Source of the DNA: Candidatus Pacearchaeota archaeon
GTDB lineage: Archaea > Nanobdellota > Nanobdellia > Pacearchaeales > GW2011-AR1
NCBI GenBank assembly: GCA_018303945.1
Contig: JAGVXD010000005.1
Span: 1-54,516, forward strand
Direction of reading: 5' to 3'
DNA: 54,516 nucleotides
The notes under the pieces were generated by a model. The model saw only the letters and a list, made by a program, of their open reading frames with translations. It was not told where the DNA came from and did not search any database. Of the stretch, positions 11,270 to 18,547 are shown in pieces. How positions within the stretch are numbered: position 1 is the first letter of the stretch; each line of letters starts with the position of its first letter. A program made the position numbers and the translations under genes.

Positions 11270-11678
11270 TTTTAGCAAATCCCTCGAAATGTACTCTTTT
11301 ATCTGATGGGTTATATTTTCCTCCTTTTTTCATATGTGTTGCTGTCAATATAATGATGCTTGCAACAGGTCTAGAGAGTTTTTCATTACCTTCGGTTATC
11401 AAAAAGTCCTTGCGTTTACCGCACCCTAAAGGGCGCGGTTTATTTGGGACTTTTGGATGCTCGGGAACCGCCGCACCATAAATGGTGCGGTTTTCTTCGG
11501 TTCCCGACATAATAAGAGGAACTTCTCCTTCTAGCCAGTAATTTCTTTGTCCTTCCTTTAAGAAGCAGTATATCTTTTCTTCTTCTAATCTTTCTGGGAG
11601 ACATTCTTCCGGCAATCTTCCCGAGGTGTTATAAGGACGCAATGCAAAATCAGGATTGAATTCTATTTTTATTCCCAT
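11253..11678 (-). CDS. hypothetical protein carrying an in-frame palindromic insertion
   Basis: ORF from MGIKIEFNPD between rfcS and rfcL; GC-rich palindromic block at about 11401-11513. Confidence 0.6.
   Translation of the reverse strand: MGIKIEFNPDFALRPYNTSGRLPEECLPERLEEEKIYCFLKEGQRNYWLEGEVPLIMSGTEENRTIYGAAVPEHPKVPNKPRPLGCGKRKDFLITEGNEKLSRPVASIIILTATHMKKGGKYNPSDKRVHFEGFAKNDRPD
11401..11513. mobile_element. palindromic miniature element (IS200/IS605-end-like double hairpin)
   Basis: hairpins CCGCACCC-TAAA-GGGCGCGG and CCGCACCA-TAAA-TGGTGCGG nested in inverted repeats AAAAGTCC/GGACTTTT and TCGGGAACCG/CGGTTCCCGA; boundaries approximate. Confidence 0.6.
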
Positions 11679-11679
11679 T

Positions 11680-12648
11680 TTATGAGGATTTCCCCTGGCC
11701 TGCAAGAACAAAAGATGCAAGTAAAGCTTGCAGTTGGACGAATTCATCGCTGCCTTCAGTCATACGAAACTCAACTTCTCCCGTTTTTTCTGTAAGACGC
11801 ACCTTAATCTCCGGCTCTATTTGCAGATTCCATATTTCTTTTTGGAATAGCTTAATTATGTCTGTTCCAGCAATACTTTCTTTTAGCATCAAATCAAGCA
11901 GTTTGTCTCTTGCATTAATGAAATCTCCAGAAAGAGCGTAGTCCAGAACTATTTTTATTCCAGCAGGCTTCGCAGAAGATACTATCATGTTAATCATTTC
12001 AGCATTAATATCCAAAGATATAGAAGCAGTGGCTTGGAGAAGGTTGATGGCGCGACGACAGTCTCCTTCGCTAGCTTCATAAAGCGCTTCATAAGCATCA
12101 TCAGTTAGTTTAAGCTTTTCTTTTTCGGTAATTCTCTTAATTACTTCGATGATGTCTCTTCTTTCAAGCAATTTGAATCTGAAAACTACGCAACGTGATT
12201 GTATTGGGTCTATGATATTGCTTGAGTAATTACAAGACATGATAAATCTACACGTATGGGTGTAATTTTCCATAGTGCGACGAAGAGCCTGCTGCGCTTC
12301 TCTTGTAAGCGCGTCGGCTTCATCCAGGAATATAACTTTAAATGGGACATTCTCAAGAGCTTTTGTACGGGCGAAATCTTTGACTTTCTGCCTGATAACG
12401 TCAATGCCTCTTTCGTCAGAAGCATTCAGTTCAAGATAATTTTCTCTCCATGCATCGCCAAAGAGTGATTTTACTATGATTAATGCCAGAGTTGATTTTC
12501 CTATGCCTGCCGGTCCGGCAAATAAAAGATGAGGAATATTTAACGCCTGAACGAGAGATTTTACACGCTTTAAAATCTCCTGTTGGCCAACCACCTCTTC
12601 AAATTTTCCCGGACGGTATTTTTCCGTCCAGATATCACTCTGACTCAT
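11680..12648 (-). CDS. rfcS: replication factor C small subunit
   Basis: WTEKYRP, GPAGIGKS, ELNASDERG, LDEAD, IQSRC; true start taken as MSQSDIW (ORF-track extension runs into the repeat). Confidence 0.96.
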   Translation of the reverse strand: MSQSDIWTEKYRPGKFEEVVGQQEILKRVKSLVQALNIPHLLFAGPAGIGKSTLALIIVKSLFGDAWRENYLELNASDERGIDVIRQKVKDFARTKALENVPFKVIFLDEADALTREAQQALRRTMENYTHTCRFIMSCNYSSNIIDPIQSRCVVFRFKLLERRDIIEVIKRITEKEKLKLTDDAYEALYEASEGDCRRAINLLQATASISLDINAEMINMIVSSAKPAGIKIVLDYALSGDFINARDKLLDLMLKESIAGTDIIKLFQKEIWNLQIEPEIKVRLTEKTGEVEFRMTEGSDEFVQLQALLASFVLAGQGKSS

Positions 12649-12702
12649 GGTTGTTTGGCGGAATAGGTTTTTATAAAGATTTGTATGATTAATGTCATGT
12701 AG

Positions 12703-12838
12703 ATAAAAAATCCCATCGTTCGCTTCTCTCATGTCAAAAACATAGTTCTTGAGCACACTCGAGAATCTAGAATGACCTAAAATATTCTCTATGCTTCGCA
12801 GCAAGTTAAGAAGCATAAGACCCATTTGGAGCAATTAA
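12703..12838. repeat. 136-bp structured dispersed repeat, copy 2
   Basis: same orientation as 6278-6413, one mismatch. Confidence 0.95.
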
Positions 12839-12922
12839 GCAAAGCTCACAATTGTAGAAGAGACTCAATATTCTTTTCTATTAAAGACGTTAGATATATA
12901 TAGGTGATAGTATTGTTAGCGG

Positions 12923-13351
12923 GTGTCTTCCATATATAATTCTCTCCATCAGGCACACAGCGAGATAGAGCGGGAGATATTAGAGTTAGAAACGATAATT
13001 GGGGCGCGGGAGGTAAATTATCCCAATGCTCTGCATGTGCTTAAAAAACTGTTTAAAATGTGGGACAAGCACGAAGAGCAGGAAGAAGAAGTATTTATCA
13101 ATTTACAGAAAAGAGGCTTTACAATTCCTGTCAAGAAGATAATATTTGAGCATGGAAAACTAAAGAAAAAACGCGATGCGCTTGCCAATGCTATTTATTC
13201 CGGAAGTCATGTAAAAGCGCAGGAAGCTTTGCGTAAGGATGGCTTGCAGCTTATACGGGATTTAAGAGAACATATGAAAATGGAAGATTGGGTTTTGTAT
13301 GCTCTTCCCCAGAACGTATTGTCTAAAGAAGAGAGAACAAAACTCTTTTAA
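12923..13351 (+). CDS. hemerythrin/HHE domain protein
   Basis: H..., HEEQEE, EH, HMKMED pattern of HHE cation-binding motifs. Confidence 0.75.
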   Translation: MSSIYNSLHQAHSEIEREILELETIIGAREVNYPNALHVLKKLFKMWDKHEEQEEEVFINLQKRGFTIPVKKIIFEHGKLKKKRDALANAIYSGSHVKAQEALRKDGLQLIRDLREHMKMEDWVLYALPQNVLSKEERTKLF

Positions 13352-13375
13352 ACCTCTATATAGATAGAATGTCAT

Positions 13376-13548
13376 GCCCTTGTAGTCTAGAGGCCAAGGA
13401 CGACGCCCTCTCGCATCGCCGAGTCTGCAATCGTTGAGATTGCAAATTCAGTCCGCTCTCGGACAGGCACTGTTGATTTGCAGCGTCTCTAATTTTTTTT
13501 GAGACGTGGAGAACGGCGTAAACCCGGGTTCAAATCCCGGCGGGGGCA
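13376..13548 (+). tRNA. tRNA-Glu(CTC) with 100-nt intron (13414-13513)
   Basis: acceptor GCCCTTG/CGGGGGC, anticodon stem ACGCC/GGCGT, CTC at 13410-13412, GGTTCAAATCC T arm, intron at canonical 37/38. Confidence 0.9.
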
Positions 13549-13722
13549 TAAATACTTTATGGAACTAAAGGGGTGGCTAGTAGATATCGTTATTTTAATT
13601 ATATTTTGTGATTAGTACAATTCGGCACTAAACTTGCTTGCTTACACAAATATTAAATAGTAATTTAAAAATACTTTCGTTTCTATGATTGAAAAGAAAT
13701 TCCATCTCTTTCAGAAATATCC

Positions 13723-14268
13723 TTATTGTTTCCAATCAACAAGAGTATAACGTCCTACAAAATCATTAGATTCATCCCCATTTTCTGTTTCTTTTTCCTT
13801 TCGTACAGAAGGTTTAGTGAGGTGCATGGTTATCCAAAGTCCAGTTGAATTATCTGTAATAAATGTCCCATCAAGTTCTTTATCTAAACCAAATGCCTTG
13901 ACTAATTTGCCAGGCCCATTTGTGAGATTTTTCTCGTCTGAACTGCCCTTATGCTTCATCATTATTTCTATTCCTTCTAATGGAATAACTTGCCTTATCA
14001 AAACTTCATTGTAAATATCTTCTCTAAATGTAGAAATTGCAAGCATATAATTTCCTTGAGAGGGATACATATGTATTGCGCCTGGAGTGTAAAAAGCCCC
14101 CCTATTTCTATTATTAGGAACTGCATTTCTCATAGAATAAGCATCTACTTGAGAGATAATACCGCTAATCTTCTTGCCTTTGTAATTACGAACTAATAGC
14201 TTTCCAACTAAATCGTAGCCTACTTGTCTTGAATCAAGAGCAAAAAATGATTGAGGCAATGCTTTCAT
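13723..14268 (-). CDS. mpg: 3-methyladenine DNA glycosylase (MPG/AAG family), divergent
   Basis: FF...LVGKLLVR, I..VDAY (canonical ETEAY), VLIR, LTNGPGKL. Confidence 0.85.
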   Translation of the reverse strand: MKALPQSFFALDSRQVGYDLVGKLLVRNYKGKKISGIISQVDAYSMRNAVPNNRNRGAFYTPGAIHMYPSQGNYMLAISTFREDIYNEVLIRQVIPLEGIEIMMKHKGSSDEKNLTNGPGKLVKAFGLDKELDGTFITDNSTGLWITMHLTKPSVRKEKETENGDESNDFVGRYTLVDWKQ

Positions 14269-14332
14269 ATGATAGCGATATTTTTACAGTATTTAAATGT
14301 TTGCTTAGTTACTATTTTAAAATAATAACATT

Positions 14333-14359
14333 TAAAAATACACCTAAGGTGTATTTTTA
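14333..14359. promoter_or_regulatory. perfect palindrome, candidate operator
   Basis: TAAAAATACACCT-A-AGGTGTATTTTTA spanning the TATA box to the ATG of the AbrB-like gene. Confidence 0.7.
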
Positions 14360-14523
14360 TGGCTGAAAAGAAAAGTTATGTAATTACGAAAAAGATAGCG
14401 AAGCATGGGAAACAGCCCATAATTCTAGTGCCTAAAATATTAGAAGTAGAGCTTAAACCAGGCACTATTGTCAAATTGCACATAGAAGTTGTCAAGGAGG
14501 TTGAAAATGGTTCTGGAAAGTAA
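14359..14523 (+). CDS. small AbrB/SpoVT-like DNA-binding protein (54 aa, not in ORF track)
   Basis: MAEKKSYVITKKIAKHGKQPIILVPKILEVELKPGTIVKLHIEV: K-I-x-x-x-G...I-x-V-P-K...L-K-P-G swapped-hairpin pattern. Confidence 0.75.
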   Translation: MAEKKSYVITKKIAKHGKQPIILVPKILEVELKPGTIVKLHIEVVKEVENGSGK

Positions 14524-15310
14524 AATAAATATCGATGGAAACTCTAATTACCAGAAATTAGCGGCAAGACTGCAGGAAATAGCAAAAATGACTGAAAGCA
14601 TGACTTCTAAAGAGATTTCTGAAAGATGGGGAGAATCAAGTTTAGTATGGTTGCAAGGCGTTGACAATTGTATGGTCTATCTTAGAAAAGAAAAGAGAAT
14701 AGTAGAAAAAAAGAGAGAGAAAGTTCCACAAGAATACTACGAGCAAACTTCTGGCTTTGATTTTCCACAATTAAAAAGTTGGTATAATCCAAATGAAAAA
14801 TTAAAGCATAGACAGAGAGAACTCAAAAAGATAGTTTATACAGAAAGGATGCTTGAACTTATTGCTCAGAAATTTGATATAAATATAAAGCCTATTGCAA
14901 ATAGAGGGTCAGATGGCTTTGTTAAAACTTCAAAGGACTTGCTTAATTTATGTGATACTGACCCTAAAGCGAGATATATTATCCAGCTTTGCCAGGGAGA
15001 TGATGTGGATGTTGCAGACATTATAGCAGTTGTTTATGATGGAAAAATTGCAAGAGATGATGCAATTAAGCTCTTGCAAGAGCCATCTCTTAGAGATTAC
15101 TTGGGTGAATTTAGGAAACCAGTAGGAATTCCAGATATTGAAGAATATGCAAATGAGTTGTTGCCTCTTGATAAAAATGGAGTTGTTGCCTCTATAGTTT
15201 ACAGAAGACTTATAGAATGTAGAAGAAATAAGCTTGGGGCAAAGCCGAGTATTGAACAGCGTAAAGATTTCTTAGAAGAAGTACAGAGAAACTTAGAGAG
15301 GTTGATATGA
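14507..15310 (+). CDS. hypothetical protein, first large gene of the repeat/SNF2 operon
   Basis: GGAGG RBS before ATG 14507; overlaps both neighbours. Confidence 0.75.
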   Translation: MVLESKINIDGNSNYQKLAARLQEIAKMTESMTSKEISERWGESSLVWLQGVDNCMVYLRKEKRIVEKKREKVPQEYYEQTSGFDFPQLKSWYNPNEKLKHRQRELKKIVYTERMLELIAQKFDINIKPIANRGSDGFVKTSKDLLNLCDTDPKARYIIQLCQGDDVDVADIIAVVYDGKIARDDAIKLLQEPSLRDYLGEFRKPVGIPDIEEYANELLPLDKNGVVASIVYRRLIECRRNKLGAKPSIEQRKDFLEEVQRNLERLI

Positions 15311-16134
15311 AATCACAACTCTATCAGACACATGAAGGGAGATTGATCGCGTTCGCAGCCCTAAAAAATGAACTTTGCAGGAATCCTTCCGGCCGGGAAA
15401 TGATGGAAAGATATCCAAATATAGAAAAGCCGTATAATGGAAGATACCGTAATTACTGGCAGAAATGGGAATTTGACAAAGCGTTTGATGATTTAATGAC
15501 TAAATTGGAAATAGTTCCTACAGAAGAAGATATTAATATTTTTATTTCCGGTGCAGTATTTTATTTTAATGATTTATCAGGCAAGAGAGAAAATAGAGGA
15601 CATTATGATTTACTAGATTATCTAGCAGATAGAGGTCTTGGACCTAATAGGGATGAACGAGACAAATTGAGAGTAAGGTTGAAAGAAGAGCATAATAGAA
15701 ATAGGATGAATGAGATAAACGATATATTCTCTGAAATGGAGAGAAAATTGGGAAAACAACCATCTTCTGAAGAATTTGAGAAAGCTCACAAAAGAGAATA
15801 TGGCTTCATTTTATATTCATTAGGCAATTGGACGAATTATCTTGCAACTCTAGGGAGAAAAACCTTAAGGACATTCCGTTATTGGGATGTTAAAACCGTA
15901 GATAAGGCATATGATGCACTGGAAGAAGATCTGAGGAGAACACCTACTTTTACTGAGTTCAAAATAAAAAATCCCGGGGCAATATCAAGAATTACTTCAG
16001 GAAAATATGATTCTTCTATCAAATCATGGAGAGATTATTTAGTTTACAGAGGTAAAAATCCCATAGAAAAAAGACACTCTCTTAATTTACTGGAATCTAT
16101 ATTAGAAGACCCTGAAACTGGAGGTCTGCCATGA
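15307..16134 (+). CDS. repeat protein (HNH-associated-repeat-like LGxxP(T/S)xxEF units) with LLESILE tail
   Basis: up to four partial or complete repeats; ATGA coupling. Confidence 0.8.
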   Translation: MKSQLYQTHEGRLIAFAALKNELCRNPSGREMMERYPNIEKPYNGRYRNYWQKWEFDKAFDDLMTKLEIVPTEEDINIFISGAVFYFNDLSGKRENRGHYDLLDYLADRGLGPNRDERDKLRVRLKEEHNRNRMNEINDIFSEMERKLGKQPSSEEFEKAHKREYGFILYSLGNWTNYLATLGRKTLRTFRYWDVKTVDKAYDALEEDLRRTPTFTEFKIKNPGAISRITSGKYDSSIKSWRDYLVYRGKNPIEKRHSLNLLESILEDPETGGLP

Positions 16135-16556
16135 TAAAACGTGTTTATTATCAATATTGGAAAGATTTTGAATCTTGGGAAAGATTTGGCTATGATAATA
16201 ATTATGATGAAAGGAAGGCTACTAACCTAACTGATAGTGATGCAAAAGAAGAGAGAAGCTGGTATAGAAGAGGCAAATATATGGGGTGGCTGAAAGATTT
16301 TCCTTTTGCAAGCAGATCTCCTTATCTAAAACTTGATGGGTGGAAGAAGCATGGGTTAGAAAACGAGTTTGATAAGAGGGGCGGCAGAAGCCTTAGAAAG
16401 AGCGGTAACATAGATGAGAGATCATGGTATCAACGAGGCGAGTATAAAGATTGGCTGGATCAATTTCCTTTTAAAAGGAAGAGAAGAAAGAGTAGAATTC
16501 TTCATAATTCATTATTGCTATTGGAATCTCTTCTCGAAGAAGGAGACATAAAATGA
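16131..16556 (+). CDS. two-repeat protein (ERSWYxRGxYxxWLxxFPF) with LLESLLEEG tail
   Basis: internal duplication of about 55 aa; ATGA coupling. Confidence 0.8.
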   Translation: MIKRVYYQYWKDFESWERFGYDNNYDERKATNLTDSDAKEERSWYRRGKYMGWLKDFPFASRSPYLKLDGWKKHGLENEFDKRGGRSLRKSGNIDERSWYQRGEYKDWLDQFPFKRKRRKSRILHNSLLLLESLLEEGDIK

Positions 16557-17209
16557 GAAAAAGAAAGAATGTATTTTGGACTCCTAGTAAAATAGATGGG
16601 GCATTTAGTAGTCTAAGACATGAACTTGGTAGGGTTCCAACTAACGATGAATTTATAAATAAATATAGCGGCGCGATGAAATCAATAAGAAGGGGGATTT
16701 TTTCAGGTATTAACTCTTGGAATGATTACTTAATATCTAAGGGATATGACAAATGGAATATTGATGTTGAGAATGTTGATTCTCTTTATAGCGAATTGAA
16801 ACAAGAATTAGGCAGGATACCAAATGGAACTGAATTTTCTAAGAAAAGTTGCGGAGCATATGCTTTTATTGTAAGAAGAAAATATAGGCCTTCTATAAAA
16901 AATTACAATCAATTTGTTCAATTTAAGGAGGGCAAACCTGCTACTCCATTTAAATTATCCTGGAATCCTGAAAGAGTAAACGAAGTATTTTATGAACACA
17001 AGAGTCAATTGGAAAGAGTTCCAACATTTAGAGAATTTGCAAAAAAAAATAAAGGTGCTTTAAGGATGATACTTGAAGGAAGATATAACTTTTCTGTGAG
17101 AACTTGGAATGGTTTTTTAGAATCATTAGGAGAAAAAAATCCCAAAAAAGAAAAAGGCTTTCTTGGTGTTTTAGAAACAATTTTAGAAGGAGGAAATGAA
17201 AATGCCTAA
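16553..17209 (+). CDS. three-repeat protein (LGRxPTxxEF units) with VLETILEGG tail
   Basis: three repeats of about 60-70 aa. Confidence 0.85.
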   Translation: MRKRKNVFWTPSKIDGAFSSLRHELGRVPTNDEFINKYSGAMKSIRRGIFSGINSWNDYLISKGYDKWNIDVENVDSLYSELKQELGRIPNGTEFSKKSCGAYAFIVRRKYRPSIKNYNQFVQFKEGKPATPFKLSWNPERVNEVFYEHKSQLERVPTFREFAKKNKGALRMILEGRYNFSVRTWNGFLESLGEKNPKKEKGFLGVLETILEGGNENA

Positions 17210-17873
17210 AGTAAAAGCTAACAGGTATTGGAATAACCATAAGAATGTAGACTCGGCATTTGATAACCTTGAAAAAGAATTAGGCCATATTCCTACTTCA
17301 AGAGAGTTCAGAGATGTGAATGAATGTGCGTTTAAAGCAATTGCCAATGGAAGATATAATAGCGATATTAAGACATGGAATGGTTACTTAACATATAGAG
17401 ACAAAAAGGTAAATCAAGAAAGAGGAATCTGGACACCTAAAAAAATCGATGAAGCTTTTGATACATTGGAATCTCAGTTAAAAAAAACTCCTTCTCAAGA
17501 TGAATTTAAGAGAAAATATTTTGGAGCTTTTGATTCAATAGTCAGTGGGAGATATGCAAAAGAAGTGACCTCTTGGAATGCTTATCTGAAAAAGAGGGAT
17601 AAAGAAACAAATGTTGATTTGACAAATTGGTCTCCTAAAGCGATAGACGAGGCGTTTGATACATTGGAGCGTAAATTAGGTAAGACTCCAACCTCTGTAG
17701 AATTTCATAATTTGCATGGTGCTGCATTAAGAGCAATCAGCAAAGGAAGATATGACTCAAAGGTTCATTCATGGCCAGAATATCTCATTCATAGAGGAAA
17801 GAAACCTTATAGGACAAGAACTAATCCTATAAGAATTTTTGAAGACATCTTAGAAAATGGAGGCACACAATGA
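17196..17873 (+). CDS. three-repeat protein with IFEDILENGG tail
   Basis: three repeats W..IDxAFDxLExxLGxxPTxxEF...GRY...SWxxYL. Confidence 0.85.
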   Translation: MKMPKVKANRYWNNHKNVDSAFDNLEKELGHIPTSREFRDVNECAFKAIANGRYNSDIKTWNGYLTYRDKKVNQERGIWTPKKIDEAFDTLESQLKKTPSQDEFKRKYFGAFDSIVSGRYAKEVTSWNAYLKKRDKETNVDLTNWSPKAIDEAFDTLERKLGKTPTSVEFHNLHGAALRAISKGRYDSKVHSWPEYLIHRGKKPYRTRTNPIRIFEDILENGGTQ

Positions 17874-18547
17874 GTAGAAGACAAGAAAACTATTGGAGTA
17901 ATCCTTCTAATATTGATAAGGCATTCAGTCAGCTTTGCAAAAAAATAAAGAGAATTCCTACGGCAAGAGAATTCGCAAGTGAATACTGTGGAGCAATGGC
18001 TTCACTAGCAAAAGGAAGATATTATAAAATTATAACAACCTACAATCAATATTTGTTAAGTCATGGAAAAAATGTGACTAGAGACTCAAATAAATATAAT
18101 TCGCCTGCAAAAATTAATGGGGCGTTTGATGAACTGGAAAAGGAAATAGGTAAGGTGCCTACCGCTAGAGAAATTGAAGAAAGTTGTGGTGGATTATTAG
18201 TATCATTAAGAAAAGGAAGATATCATCCAGAAATTAAAACTTATAATGATTACTTAAAACATCGTGGAAAATTAGTGTTGCATGATATAGGTAGATGGTC
18301 TTCTCCTAATAAAATCGATGAAGCTTTTGACAGACTTGAAGAATCTCTTGGAAGAACGCCTAGAAGAAAAGATTTTGTAATAAAATACGCTGGAGCATTA
18401 TCTGCCATTGTTCAAGGCAGATATAATAAGAATATCCACTACTGGAATGAATATCTTATGTTTAGAAACAGAGTTATTAACAAAAAATCAGGTAAAGACA
18501 CGACATTAATTCTTGAATCTCTTCTCGAAGAAGGAGGCACACAATGA
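17870..18547 (+). CDS. three-repeat protein with ILESLLEEGG tail
   Basis: three repeats as above; ATGA coupling to the SNF2 gene. Confidence 0.85.
   Translation: MSRRQENYWSNPSNIDKAFSQLCKKIKRIPTAREFASEYCGAMASLAKGRYYKIITTYNQYLLSHGKNVTRDSNKYNSPAKINGAFDELEKEIGKVPTAREIEESCGGLLVSLRKGRYHPEIKTYNDYLKHRGKLVLHDIGRWSSPNKIDEAFDRLEESLGRTPRRKDFVIKYAGALSAIVQGRYNKNIHYWNEYLMFRNRVINKKSGKDTTLILESLLEEGGTQ

Noticed and set aside
12649-12834. N-terminal extension of RFC small subunit in the ORF track
   Set aside because: It reads through the promoter and the 136-bp repeat; conserved sequence starts at MSQSDIWTEKYRP.
6278-12838. Composite transposon bounded by the 136-bp repeats
   Set aside because: The enclosed genes include core rfcS/rfcL, and there is no transposase or TSD.
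15307-18547. CRISPR array or homing endonucleases
   Set aside because: Repeats are protein-level inside long ORFs, with no regular repeat-spacer pattern and no HNH, LAGLIDADG or GIY-YIG motif.
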